In this document: in pieces, positions 38,948 through 52,739 of the stretch
How the letters are laid out: every line of letters begins with the position of its first letter
How positions within the stretch are numbered: the stretch's first letter is position 1
Source of the DNA: Oopsacas minuta
Taxonomy: Eukaryota > Animalia > Porifera
Direction of reading: 5' to 3'
Assembly: GCA_024704765.1 (NCBI GenBank)
Contig: JAKMXF010000032.1
Span: 21,684-85,683 of the forward strand
DNA length: 64,000 nucleotides
Position numbers and translations under genes: made by a program
The notes under the pieces: generated by a model
Seen by the model: the letters and a program-made list of their open reading frames with translations, nothing else
Told to the model about the DNA's origin: nothing
Database searches by the model: none

Positions 38948-40310
38948 AATGTTGCTGTGTATTAGAGATTATCGTGTACACGGACACACGAGATTTTCAT
39001 CGTGTTATACGTATAAACTAAATGTTCTGGGTGCACGCATACACGCGAATATTTTTCAGTGTATTAGAGTTCACCATAGCATATGGTTTGTTTATAATAC
39101 CAAGTGTATTTCTAAGGCATTGTGCTTAGAAGTGTTCAAATATTATGTATAACTTGTCAACTGCAAGATCACGATGCATTCAAGTTTATTGCTTCATTTT
39201 CTTGATATAGTCTCAATACTTTGATTGTTTTCATATTTCCATTACATTAGTGTTCAATAGATTTGTTGTCTTGTTTGTTTAGCTCTTGTTTTGGCTCTTG
39301 ATTCCTTCTAAGATAATTATGTCACGCATATCATTCCTATGGATAGTATATCTTATTCTTATTCTGTGGCATTAATTTCATAATTTGTTCCGGGAAAACA
39401 TAGTTACAATGTTACTGTATTTACTACATGTTTGTTTACATATTTTCAATGTGATACACAGTTGTTATCCTTCGATTGTCATTCTCTAATCCAGAAATAT
39501 ACACAGCGTAACACATTTAGACGGTATACTTAACAAAACTTCGTTATCTTGTAATTATCATAGACAAGCAAGAGAGATAGAAAATGAAATGCAACTAGAA
39601 TGATGCACCATAAAACTGCATAACTATTGAATAATTTCAGCAGTAGAAGCATTTCACTCCCATATATCATTTACTGCCACAACTTCGGCACGACTTTCTG
39701 CAAAGACATCTGTTTGTCTTGCAGTGACAACTTCTGCAACAGGAATTCGTGTCAATTCGCAAAGAATCATTATCAGTGCAGAGGTCTGGGTAATAGTAAC
39801 AGATGGTATAGATCTGTAACAATACAGAAAATGTAGTCTAATATTGTTACAGATATAGTATATATCCAGGAAATAGCATCCGATTAGCAGTAACGACGAC
39901 ACAAACGTAATAACATCTGGTGCCGTGTTCACTAAGCATACTAAGTATGTACTTAGTACTTAAGTACTAAGTACATACTTAAACCGTATTCACTAAGATT
40001 GGTATTCACTAAGATTTAAGCTCACACTTAAGCATGTACTTAAGTACATACTTAACACTTAGTAAATACGACTTAAGTACGTACTTAACTAAGTACATGC
40101 TTAGTACTTAAGTACCAAGTATGCTTAGTGAATACGGCGGCAGATGAACGACGCTACAGCTGGTATGTGCTAATCCAATCAAATCACATATAAACAACCC
40201 ACATGCTATGGTTAACTCTAATAAACTAAAAATATTCGTGTACACCTGCACCCGAAAACATTTAGTGTATACGCGTACACACGAAAATTTCTAACACACT
40301 ACAACATAAA
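38948..40310. repeat. About 1.36-kb unit bounded by roughly 120-150-bp imperfect inverted repeats
   Basis: 38950-39100 matches the reverse complement of 40185-40305 (TATTAGAGTT.ACCATAGCAT, CTAAATGTT..GGGTGCA); no TSD resolved. Confidence 0.6.
39922..40138. mobile_element. Palindromic PIF/Harbinger-like MITE
   Basis: 21-bp TIRs GCCGT(G/A)TTCACTAAGCATACT; interior built from TACTTAAGTA palindromes. Confidence 0.75.
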
Positions 40311-40941
40311 TATCTAAATAATAACTCCAAGATCAAAAATTTGCTTAAAAAAACCAAAGACTGTAGTCGCAGTTAAAAAATACCCTATTGACCAAATTTT
40401 CAGCATTATATCTCTCCAAATCTTTTCTATTAATTCGGAGCAAACACATAAAATCAAACAATCGTGTAGATATACTACAACAGTTTTGGCCAGGCAGTGT
40501 AAAAGCATTAGGAATCAAATAATTAAAGGTACATCATGCCTAATTTCAATATTAATTATTTAATATAGATTATTATATTCGTCTCTGCTAAAGAAAGTTT
40601 GTCATAAATAATTTCGAGGTACGAAGTGGTGCTCATTAGATGCAGGGGTGTAGTTTAGGAGCAGCGCTCCCACACAACAAATTCAAAGGGGAGAGGCGCT
40701 GTTGCATAGATTAGTGAGGCACGTAGAATATTGAGGCACTGTCTACATAGACCATGGATGAATATCTACTGTAGAATATTGAGGCACGGTAACAGAAGGA
40801 GAAACTATATACAGAATATGTAGTTATCATTATGCGGTTTATTTGTAGTATTGACGTAATAATGACTTGACACATTTGTGACCAAGATAGCTTTCTCGAA
40901 TTCGCATATAAATTGTAAATTATTTTCAAGTAACAATAAAG

Positions 40942-42850
40942 ATGGAAGTATTTTATGAAAAAATTATAAAGTTTATAAAAGATGGAATATATCCTGAACC
41001 TGACGGAGTTTCCTCTGCAAAAAAAAGATGGAATTTTAGAAGAAAAGTTTCACGATATTTCTCGGTAAAGATAACAAACTTTACAAGGTAAAACCTCAAT
41101 ATTATTTATAATCTACAGTTGTGTTCGCCAAATGGCAAGTGGTACCTTGCTGAAAATTTGCTGACAAATAGGCGATCACTACTGTATATAAATATTTAAG
41201 TTATTGATGCAATATCATATGAACAATTATTTAGAAAGTGGACATCAATGGTTCAACAGTTGATTTGGAAGTCCCGTTAGAAACGGAAAAGGATCATATA
41301 ATGAAAAAAACATCATGATCAAGTTGGTCACCCTGGAATCAATGCCACTGTTGATTCCATACATCAACAATATACATGGAAAGGCTTATATACACATATC
41401 ATTGATTATGTAAGTACGTAACTTACTTGAGTACAGTTCATTCTCAATATTTCCGAAATTGAAGGAATAGTATTATTATTACTATGAATATTTTGTTATT
41501 ATTGAGAGTTGAGAAACTTGTATGCTTCCCTAAAATCCTTTTTCTTAAATTCAGAGTACATAATTTGATATTCATTGAATATTTAATATACTAGGTGGTT
41601 TCCTGTAAGATATGCCAAATGACAGCAACAATTCCAAAATTAACCAAGAAACTTCAACCCAATCAACCTCCTTCTAGAACATGGAAACACTTAGGCATGG
41701 ACTTGATTTGTGACCTCCCTGTGAGTTCCGAAGGATTAAGCATGTTCTTGTCAAAGTTTGCTACTTAAACATGTTCGTAGTTATAAGACCCCTTAAGAGA
41801 AAAACTTCTGAAGAAGTTATTCAAAATCTTCAAGATATCTATGCTACAATGGGATTACCGGATATTATTCAACATGACAAAGGCTCGGAGTTTACAATCA
41901 GTTTAAGTGATATTAGAACTTAATATATCTGAAATTGCTTAATTAATTAATATATTTTCTTTAGATGTTTCAGGAATTCCATTGCAAACTACACATTGAC
42001 AACCGTAGTACTAGAGCTTATCATCCTATGGCTAACGGTTTGGTAGAGGCACACAATAAAATCTTGAAAACGTAAGTTATAATTCCGAAGATTAGATCGG
42101 CAAGTTACTCAGTGTAATAAAGATATTGAATAACTATTACTTATTGATCTTAGGAAGTTAACAAAGATGGAAGTCCAGACAGGAAATCACTGGTCCCAAT
42201 TACTCAAGCTCGCATGTCTCACTATGAATTCTACAAAGAAGAAGTCACATGGACAAACTCCTTTAAATGTGATGTGGGGACGGGAGTCAAAACTGTTGTC
42301 TACATATCCAAACCTGGCTATTGATCCTATAGAAGACTTTGAACATGAAGACGCTATATTTAGAGAAATTCTATCGCAGCAATCAGAAAATGACTATATA
42401 GACGATCAAGATGAATTTTCCCCGCCATGTTCTGAGCCAGGAGAAGAATTAAGCTGTATCTATGAGACTCGAGACACACGATTCAAATCAGTACAGAGAA
42501 TATCCATTCTGAACAACTCAGACAAAAACTGCAATATGATAAAAAAGTCAATACCAAGGGGTGAGCTTTCCTACAATTTCTTGATATTAGTGTTATATCT
42601 AACCCATTAAATTTAGGTCTTCAATAAAGATAGGTGATAGGGTCATTTACACAAACATGAACAAATTTAAACGGTTGCCAAACACGAAAAATAAACCAAA
42701 ATTTTTGGACCTCAAACAGTCTGTAAAGTCACTGAGAACCACATTACTATTTGTGAAAATATCTCAGGAGCTAAGAAAAACAAAAACATACCAATTGACC
42801 TCGTTCGTTTGTATGCAGAACGAAACCAAAATCCCTCAGACAAGCTAACC
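40942..42850 (+). pseudogene. Spliced Ginger integrase/transposase with frameshifts
   Basis: Exons at about 40942-41087, 41235-41409, 41595-41900, 41965-42071, 42154-42560 and 42617 onward, mostly with GT-AG ends (exon 3 donor unresolved). HHCC finger (HDQVGHPG..CKIC), GMDL, QHDKGSEF, YHPMANGLVEAHN, GQTPLNVMWGR, IGDRV..PKFLG. Confidence 0.9.
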
Positions 42851-44049
42851 CAATGGGAATTAATCACATTTGTTCCAAGGTATACGAGTTTATTGTATAA
42901 ATCCTGAAATTATCACAATTACTTACATACTTTAGATATTGCAACGAAAACTTTATGGATTTCTAGAGAAAGAATACTTCATCACCTCAATAATTTCAAG
43001 GTTTGTACATTTGTATTCAGTAGATCCTCACTAAATAATTAAAGAGTTCCGAATAGGTTTAGTATGAAATATGAAAAAATCAAGAGTTTAATCCGGCCTG
43101 GCAGATGCGGCCAGGCATTTGTTCTACCACTTGTATTGCCTCCACCGGACTTGTGTTTGAATATATTTTACCCATTTCTAATCTAACTTTAGATAGTTTT
43201 GAAACAAAATATTGAGCGACACACCTACATGACACCACTGCATGAGGAACTTCATAAAAATCTCAACGTATTCCACACCTATACCTGCAATACTCTCCTG
43301 TTTGAATTCCTACTCGATTGCAAAGAATACGAAATAGTAAGTTTGATTTCTTGGTATTTGTATAATTACACGAAGTATAGTGTTTTCTCAAATCTATTGT
43401 TAGTGAAATACGCATAATAAATGATGCAACAATGACATATACACATTGTAGTTCTTTCTCTTGAACATTCTGTATATGAATTCATTAGTATTCAGCAACA
43501 AGAGAAATTTGATACATGTTTAGTGAAGAAATATACATATGATTGTCTTATTCCAATACAGCGATCCCAATACTATTTTTATTTTTTGAATACTTTTAAT
43601 CATGAAAATATGCATATTATTCCCAATAGAGCGGAATCAAAAATTAATTATTTTATTGAATTATAGAAGAGAGATATTATTGACACTTTACTCAATTGGA
43701 CGACAGAGTTATATCCTCATTTTACAAACACCCAAGCTGCCAAATACACACACAAAGTAGTGTTCTTTCTAGTAAGTTGATCCAAATTTGCATTTAGCAT
43801 AGAGTATATACATCCATATTGTAATAATTATAATGATAATCTGTTTAGGCAATGGAGTCTTAATTTGATGTTGTTGCAAACATTCCCAGAAAGCATCTCT
43901 ACCTATATCCCTTTATCTGATTCAAGTCCAATCATATCTGAGGTCAATGAAGAATAGCTTCGTGATAAATGCAAGTTTCTGGGACTGGTGTTTATATCCA
44001 CCATCAAGCAACCATAAAACCTAGCCGGACTGTCACTCAGTAAATATAC

Positions 44050-44520
44050 ACCATGGGAAACTGAAAGAATAGTCGGTGATGGGAACTGTCTTCTCCGATG
44101 TATTTCTAAAATATTAACTGGTGACCAGACAAGTCACTTAGAAATTCGCTCTACGATTGCACACTTTATCGCCAGTGAGGGAGTAACTAGAATTGGTTGG
44201 TATTTTAAACAGAAATTAACTAATCCTTGTAAGTACTTCATGAATGAACATCTTGTGTCTCAAGAAGGAACTTGGAGTAGCGATGTGGAAATAATAGCAT
44301 TGTCTAATATTCTTGACGTCGATGTGTATGTTGCAAACAACTACTATGGAAATCAAGGCAACTTAACTCGAGAAGTTCGCTGGAGCTTGCTCAGAGGCTC
44401 TAAGAAACCAACAACCGCACTTTACATTTGTAATTATTGTAATCATTATGAGCAGTCACTTCTATGATTGAGAGTTCCACGCCTACTTATGGCGAAACTT
44501 CAGAAGAATCAACAAATATA
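44050..44520 (+). pseudogene. OTU-like cysteine protease domain carried inside the Ginger element
   Basis: VGDGNCLLRCIS (Cys codon 44087-44089), WSSDVEIIALS, NHYE (His codon 44444-44446). Confidence 0.85.
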
Positions 44521-45904
44521 CAAGAATGAAGAAAATACAATTAGTCATTATTTTGTGCTAGTATCAAGTTTTTATGTGTTAGTAGAGTAATATCATAAAT
44601 TGCAAGATTATATTCTAACCATGTAATAACAACTTAAATTTTGTTCATTACAGTATAACTTTCACTAATGTGAACGTCAGAAACCATCAAAATTCGTTTA
44701 TCTTATCCAAAGTTTGTATTAACCATAGTGAAATCAGTTGGAAAGTATTGAAAGACCAAATTTTGGAAAATTACTTGCTTGCTTAGCCAGGAGATTCGTA
44801 TTGACTGCGTTTGTAATAATAATTAATGAGGTTTCGCTGTACACGTATCAGTTGTCAAAAACAGGTATATTTCAAGTCATGATTGAAATACGTAATTACT
44901 ATTAATGAAACAAAACCGCATGATGACAACTACATGTTCTGTATATAGTTTCTCCCTCTGTTACCGTGCCTCAATATTCGACAGTAGATATTCATCCATA
45001 GTCTATGTATGCAGTGCCTCAATATTCTACGTGCCTCACTAATCTATGCAACAGCGCTCCATCACATTCACTTGATTATTGTTATTTTATTATAATAAAG
45101 GTAGATTAAGTTTTCCCTGTCGCTCTTCTTTCGTACACTAGTAAACTCCGCTTAATGGGGTAGCATCGCACCAGGCCATTTCCAACAAATTAAGCGAATT
45201 AAACGTGTTGGCCCGGTCTCAGGAAATATTTAACATCGCACTGCACTGTTTTGGCTAAGTGATCCTATCAACATTATGGCAATTTTGCATAATCTGTACC
45301 ATTATAACAACGGTGCAATTGGGATTTGAAATATTGTCTCTCACTAATTAATGGATCCTACACTTACAGTCAAGTGAATTTCATAATATTTCAACTTACT
45401 CAGGGATGTGGCAGAGAGTAGTAAAAGAGACCTAGAATTCAATACACGCTTTTGGATGATGTCTAATATAGAATCGTTTGGCAAGATCGGATTGCAGAGT
45501 AGACTGTTACAATTGCACCGAAGAAGGACACCATTATTTGAAAGTATTTTTCGTTGATATTACTCGTAATGTAGATTACAACATGTTTCGTTGATAGAAA
45601 AATAACTTTGCTTTAACAAATATTGCATAATATATTCTTGAGATTCGTTATATCTAGCTGAGCTATAGTAGAGTATAGTATAGTTTATTTGTAATACAAA
45701 AATCCTATACCCTCATTCCAAAGGTGACTTTCATTAATTTATGGTGGGACATCCCGCTTTTCGGACGTATGGTTGGAGTTATGTCCCGATAAAACGTTCC
45801 AAGAGTGAAATTGCCTCGCTTTTCAACATATAGGACTAATACTGACATACTATGTAGGCAAAATACTACTTATGTCACGTGGTTTTTCCGTGCAGAGGTT
45901 GGCA

Positions 45905-46140
45905 CATAGTGTGCCGATATGGCGTATTAGGCAAAATTTCAATTCAGAAAATAATTACGTTTTTGTGAATCTCAATCGTCGACTTAGTAGGAAAATATTG
46001 ATGATTGTATGTATGACCCATAGGAATTTCGCTTACAGCGAGCTAAAAAGCATACGTATTTTAGAGTATTTGAAATAGCTATCCGCAATAGAAAATACCT
46101 AACTACTTTAGCAACGATTTTATCCCAAATATATACTATA
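45905..46140 (+). mobile_element. Solo copy of the Transib/RAG-like left end
   Basis: CATAGTG-TGCCGATA-TGGCGTATTAG; about 235 bp colinear with 63344-63575. Confidence 0.75.
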
Positions 46141-46142
46141 TT

Positions 46143-48215
46143 CAGTATTGGAATCGGATTCGGTTTTCTCGGATCGGGTTGGGTTCGGGTTCAAAGTTGA
46201 TCAATTCGAACATTGTGCGTGATATTTAATCAATGATTTAATACAATATTTTTAAAGATAATTTTTACATTAGAAACATCATATGGAACTTTAATGAAAT
46301 GGCCTAAAAAGGACATTTACGACATAAATATTATTAACCCATAATATTGCAAAAACAAATTTTCCTTAACAAACTAAACCTGCTACTTGCTACTTAATTT
46401 CCGCATTACTACATAACGTAAGTATTCTGTATTTTTCATAACAAGTAGATACTTGTTTACGTGAGGATGTCAATACCTGCAGAAATTCTTAATACAGAAA
46501 TTAAGATGTTTCCCGGGGGCTTCACCTTTTCAATTGTCCGCGGTCGGGCAGAATTCTGGTAGTCATTCGATGCTATCAGTCGGTTGGATTACAGGAAGAT
46601 GGGAATTCTATACCACACATTATTGAAGGCTTCTTCATCTGCAGGCATTGCAAGCAAGTATTGAAATACGACTCAAAGATCGCGGGTTTTTCCACCTCAG
46701 TCGCCATGCTCAAAATTGTAATAAGCTACAGGGAATATCCCAACCACTCATCAGTAGCACCTCCAAGAAGCTCACTGTTCTGAGTGAAAAGATTAAAACA
46801 AGATCAAGAATGCAGAGTTAGGATTCTGCGTGATGGGACATCAATCCTTCAATTCTCTCGAGAACGAGGGACTTATTGGCTTGCTGCAGACATTTGTAAA
46901 CATCGCATCAAATGTGGGATGTTTCAATGTGAAGGGCATCTTGTTCGGGAGAAAGACAATTTCAGACTTTAGCAAACAGAAAGTAAGTTAATCCGTTGTA
47001 TTTATTTATACGTATATCTGACTACGGTACGAGTTTCCATTGTAAAGCCATCGATGAAGAACTAATAACGATGATTCAAAGGAGTCTGAATTTAATAATG
47101 AGACTCCACACGCATTCGTCCTCAGGGGGAAGTTATTACTGAAATAAGTGTTTCATTAAAAGTGGCATAATATATTAAGCGAACCAGACAATTAAATTCT
47201 TTAATATGTGAAAGAGGTAAAGGAAAACTAATTGAAAGGTTAGTTGAGCCCCAGAAAGCTGACAGTCTCTCGATTACACTTGATCTATGGACAGATGATT
47301 ACCAACACAGCTTATATTTGGATGTTCACGCATTTTGGATCGATACAAATTTTGGACTGCAGCACGGTATCCTAGCGATCCGTCACTTCGGTCCAAATCG
47401 CCACACGGCTGAAAATATCATAAATGCAGTTCATATTATCCCCTCAGAATACAATAGTGATATCCAATTGATAACATCTACCACAGACCATGGTTCTAAC
47501 ATTGTCTCAGCTTTCAACATATGCAAAAATTCTGCTAGGTACAAGCTTGAAACCATACTGGGCCCAGTAGTGTATCATTTGATTCTAGCATAGCATAAAA
47601 TAAATACAATTTGTATTTTGGATTGGATTGTATGGCTCATCGTCTTCATACTTATTGGACAACTATGTGGTCGCATGCGAGTGCAAAAACTCTAGAGTTG
47701 ATGGAATACGACCATGCAGCTGCAGCTTTGGCCAAATACTGTAACCAAGCCAGCGGAGTTCAAGAACAATTCCGGGAATCAATAAAAAAGACAGCACAAC
47801 CAGGTTTAAATATTTCTTTGTCTTACTTGGCATAATTGATTATACTACACATTACATCACATCATCCTTATTTAGGAGGTGGTAAGGTATTATTGACCGT
47901 GCACATTCCATTGATGCGAACTGCGGTTGCCTTCTGTGAATACTTTACGAGCCGCACAGAGACCGACTAATTCTGATTGCATCAATCGACTGCAAACTAA
48001 ACTCTGACATCCTCACATATATGGATCCTTTCGACAAATTATTTGAGGAATATATTCATAATTATTCCATCGTATTCGTAGCCTTAGTTCACGAAGTGGA
48101 CCTTTTATCAATATATATTAGGCCGGATCGAGTAAAGTATAAATCGTCGGTTCAACTTCTACCTAAGGGAAAAGTTGCCTTTACAATTTTCTAGAAAAAT
48201 CCCAGACTTAAATTT
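46143..48215 (+). mobile_element. BED-finger hAT (Ac/Hermes-like) pseudogene, truncated at a contig join
   Basis: Terminus CAGTATTGGAATCGG with TCGGG repeats; FICRHCKQ..HLSRH..C, DLWTDDY, TTDHGSN, DCMAHRLH. Confidence 0.82.
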
Positions 48216-48216
48216 N

Positions 48217-48368
48217 TGAATAATATAAGTAATTAATGTAATCAGAAATAATCTAAAGTACTATAACTATATTTAAGAAAAGTATAGGAAACAAACTCTG
48301 TATGGTTCATTAATATTTAAGATTTTCATAGGAAAATAAAAGGTATAAAACACTTTCGTTACACCCTG
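48217..48368 (-). mobile_element. 5' end of another DD37E copy, starting at a single-N join
   Basis: Almost identical to 33649-33798, ending in the TIR and TA. Confidence 0.9.
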
Positions 48369-48733
48369 TATGTAAGTGAGAGTTGAGTAAGTACCGTATT
48401 GGCGCTCGAGTGCATATTATAAAAGAGCATGCCCAAGAACATAGTCAGGTCTAGAAATTAATGGGTGTTCATTTTCGGGGGTGCTAACCCTGGGGCAATA
48501 TTAGCGATGTACTATATTCACAACGAAATATTTATTACGGTGATGACTATATTCACTGTAACCCTATGAGGACAATCAACTCCGCAAAATCGGGACACAT
48601 TGGTTCCAGCCATTTATACAGATTAAGCGGAGTTACCAATTAATGAGGATTTTCCAATAACAATACTAAATAACAAACTATTGTATCTTTTGTTCTAAGA
48701 ATCCTGTAAGCATGTTAACAACTCAATAGTTAA

Positions 48734-50975
48734 CAAGGAGTGTTCAAACTGTGGCTCGATAGTAGGGTATTCGTGGCTCTCGACATCTATCAATCCAATG
48801 CCCATGTTGTTTAAGAATATATTGCTTTGATTTTTCTATGTATACAGTTGCATTGTCAAATTTGCTAGAATTGCATTTGTTTGATTTCATTTAGGGTCTA
48901 TTTAGTATCGTGATATAGAAATAGAAATATTATCTTGACAATACTACAGTATTATATTATATTGATTAATCTAGTATTTACCAAGCTAGCGACATTATTA
49001 ATCAAAGACTATTAAACATTTTACTGAGTTGCAAGATGGCGTCACATCCGTCCTAAAAGCGTAAGATATTTAAAGGAAATAGACTCTTCCATGTTGATTG
49101 GGAGCTCGAGTTTTTCTTGGTCGAGGACAGAGAGAAAAACATACGTCTGATTTGCCGTGATACCGTTGCTTGCAATAAGAGAAGAAATCTGGAGAGGTAT
49201 TACAATACTAAACATGGAGAAGATTTCACTAGTAATATTGGCGAAGCTCGTCAGATTTAACTTGATCAAATGAAGAAAGGTTTGACTACGGAACAGTCAT
49301 TATTCAAGAAAGTGGATACATCTCGAAAGTCAGTAACAGCAGCATGTTATGCCATTAGTAATATTTTTGCAAGGCGAATGAAACCATTTACAGATGGTGA
49401 GTATATCAAAGAGTATCTAGCTGTGTTTATAGATAACTACTGTCCAGACAAGAAAGATCTTGCACAACACCTGAGTCTTAGTGATACACCTGTAATGCGA
49501 TGTGTAGAATCAATTTCGAATGATATTAATGAACAAATTTAGGAAGGGCTCGAGACTTCACTTCTTTCATCGTCGCAATAGATGAAAGCAAGACATTTTT
49601 GATGTGGAACAATTAGTCATCTGGATTAGGGGAGTTGATAATAACTTCAAAATAACTGAGGAAATATTATCACTCAGTTTATGTATAGAAAAGCCCGTGG
49701 TATTGTTATTTTTGATGAAGTACAGAAAGTCTTATCAAAAGCTTCTTTACCGGTCACGAAACTGTCTCGAGTTACAATAGACGGAGCGCCGTCCATGCTT
49801 GGAATAGGAAGTGGCTTGAAGGGACAGTTGTTGAGGTAGTTTGCTGCTAATGGCCGTGGCGAGTGATATGGTGCCACTGTATTATTCACCAGGAAGTTTT
49901 ATGCGCAAAAACACTTGTATTAAAAACGTTAAGAAACTTATTGTTGATGCTGTGATTTTATCAGAGCTAAAGTAATCAACCATAGAGAATTGAAACATGT
50001 TTTAAAAGAGCTAGATTCAGAGTACGGTGATGTACTCTATTTCACAGCTGTTCGGTGGCTTAGTAGAAGAGCAGTTCTTAAGGGGATGTGAATGTTATGG
50101 GATAAGATATCGTGCTTTATGGAGGAAAAGGGGAATAAGGTTCATGAATTTCAAAGTCCCGCTTGGCTCATGGATGTAGCATTTTGGTGGATATCTCAAC
50201 TCATCTAAACAGTTTAAATTCTGCTCTTCAAGGTAAATGAAGCTTAATCATGAGCTTTTCGGCACCGTATGTGCTTTTCAGGCGATACATAGTCTATTTG
50301 AGACGCAGCTCTCAAAAACAACTTCTCACACTTTTCGGAGCTTTGATCTATGGAAAATCCTGACCGTGAAAGATATGTAAGGATAGTTTCACACCTGATA
50401 GAAGAATTCAAAACTCGATTTGCTGATTTTAGAAGGGAGGGACAGAAAATTATGCCCTTCACTCAGCCTTTCTGTCTTGATGTCCAGTGTGCTTCTGATG
50501 AAATTCAGCTGGGGCTTCTTGATCTACAAGCCAATATTAATTTGAAAGGGAAAGTTTAGCGAAGTAAAATTTGATGAGATATCCAAGAATCTCAGGATTT
50601 TAGACTTCTACAAAGTACTACCAACTTTTACATAACCATTAATCCTGGACAAGCAAGGAGGATGGCCATCTTATTTGGGAGTACGTATACTTGTGAAGCC
50701 TTCTTCTGCAAAATGAAGTATCCGAAGAATAGGTATCGGTCAAATATGACGGATGAACATCTACATGATGTATTGCGTATCGGATCAACTGAAATAGCAC
50801 CTTGTATGGATACGCTTTTACATGACACGAGACAATTCACACATCACAATAATGTATGTATTTCAATTCATGTCATGGTAAACAATTTCATCAAGTCTTT
50901 AGAATTTTCATGTGCCTAGGGGTTATGATCAAAGGTTACAAAGTGGCTCTCAAAGCAAAACGTTTGATGACCCTG
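48734..50975 (+). mobile_element. hAT Buster/SPIN-type transposon, copy 4; full length, most diverged
   Basis: Colinear with copy 2; ends CAAGGAGTGTTCAAACT / CGTTTGATGACCCTG. Upstream flank 48369-48523 matches 1270-1415 (reverse strand). Confidence 0.9.
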
Positions 50976-51094
50976 GGGCCATATTAACTAAAATTCTTAA
51001 GTCAAATTCTTGGAATTTTGCTTAACTTTAAGCTAAATTCTTAGAATTTCCAAACACTCAGGCCTTATTCTTAGAATTTTAGTCAATAAAGCCC
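50976..51094. mobile_element. 119-bp PIF/Harbinger-like MITE with CTG duplication
   Basis: 22-bp TIRs GGGC(CA/TT)TATT(A/G)ACTAAAATTCT; CTG at 50973-50975 and 51095-51097. Confidence 0.8.
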
Positions 51095-51203
51095 CTGGTC
51101 TAAGGATGGAAGTTGTTGCGATGTCTGGACAAAATTCCCAACTCAGTTGATGATTCACATTACAATCCATGATATGTTGGAAACGATGCCGATTAGGTGC
51201 TAG

Positions 51204-51590
51204 GACCTATTGTCGAAAGACTTCTAGCCGAAGACATCTCGCCGGAAGGATTTCAAGCCGAAAATGTGATTAGATGTGTGTAACCAAACCAATCATATCG
51301 ATATCAAAAGGGGGGTGTATGTGCAAACATAGGATGATAGTTACGATCAAAACGAATCCAAGAAATAATGCCAAATTTTCTTCACTTCTTTGTGAGTAAA
51401 CTCAACTGACACCAATATTGTCGCTATTTTAAGAAATTCCAATTCAAGATCATGCAACACTCATTCTATCGCTGGTCTACATACTGAGCATGCACACTCG
51501 ACTTTTTATATATGCAATACTGGTATTTATACATTTTGGGCATGATATCCTTTCGGCAAGATGTCTTCGGCATAATGTCCTTCCGTAGTA
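51204..51590. mobile_element. MITE-like unit with periodic inverted ends
   Basis: GCCGAAGACATCTCGCCGGAAGGAT (51228-51252) vs ATCCTTTCGGCAAGATGTCTTCGGC (51547-51571), 2 mismatches; exact termini unresolved. Confidence 0.6.
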
Positions 51591-52530
51591 ACCTGTTTGA
51601 CAATGTTTGTTGCGAGGACCTTACCTTGTCGACATCAGATGCAATTACTGATGCCAGGACTCTATAATAAGCATTTAGCTGTACAGATTGTATTTCTGCA
51701 TTAGTATTAACAAACTACAGCCTAAAATACATATAAACCTTGACCTCCAGTCTACAAGCAGAGGCTAAAGACATCGTTGAAGCTGTATCAGAAAAAAACA
51801 ACGTGCTAGCTTTAAGTTAGAGAAAATATTGATTCATATCACAGTAGGTGGTTTCTTACTGTGGAGAGATGTGCAAAAGTGTTTGTACAGTACCATCTTT
51901 ACCTCGAAATTGTGGACGTAAATTCACCGCAATAACGTTCCTGCTGACACTCCATCTACTTGTTACCGGTGTAGCATATCGATCCCATTGATTGATCAAT
52001 TATTGTCAGAAATTAATTTCGCGTTTCAACAGTCACCAAAGAACTGCACAGATTGGCTTGTTCTTAGTCCCTCCTAGCCTAGTAACTAGCCCAATGGATG
52101 AGATTATTATTAAAATTAGTGACCTCGTCGACATGCAGCAACAGGATCTTCCATCTCCTGGATGTGCTCAGAGTGAGTTACACTGTTGGTGAATATAGTG
52201 TCAATGGCAACTAGAGGAACATGGGCGGATTAGCTTACCCATTACACCAACTATTACCCTCCAATATGCCTGTGCAATGTACCCCAATATTAGAGCATTG
52301 GTGAGGATAATGTGCACACTACCCGTCACAAGTTGCACTGCAGAGAGGTCATTTAGTGGATTAAAAAGAATGAAAACTGCCCTCTGTTTTCAATGACCAC
52401 AGAACGATTGACTGGACTTTATCTTCTTCACCTGCATAGAGATATTGATGTAGACATCAATGAAGTGATAGATGAGTTTGGGCGAATCAATCCAAGGAGA
52501 TTGCAATTGCCTAACATTTTAGCTGATTGA
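51590..52530 (+). pseudogene. C-terminal part of a P52rIPK-like hAT transposase
   Basis: ISALVLTN..LTSSLQAEAKDIVEAVSE; TLPVTSCTAERSFSGLKRMKT..MTTERLTGL..LHRDID. Confidence 0.85.
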
Positions 52531-52739
52531 TAAACATAGAATCGTCATTATTCAGTTTGATGATAATTATGAAGGTATAGCATAATTAATTGCAATATCA
52601 ATCCATACTTATTAGCACTTCCCTAATAACAAGTCTAGAAACGCCACTAGATTGAAGACAGTGCAAGTCAGTTCGGAAGAAATATTTCTGAAGAATGTAA
52701 ATGTGAATTTTGATCTAAATATCCAATATTTTATAATAT

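Larger units (their letters stand above)
40700..45053 (+). mobile_element. Ginger DNA transposon (Gypsy-integrase-like), full length 4354 bp
   Basis: TGT...ACA termini; TIRs of at least 140 bp (40700-40840 / 44915-45053); 4-bp TSD GCGC (40696-40699, 45054-45057). Confidence 0.93.

Noticed and set aside
39922-40138. CRISPR-like array of palindromic repeats
   Set aside because: No regular repeat-spacer period and no cas genes; it is bounded by TIRs in a eukaryotic context.
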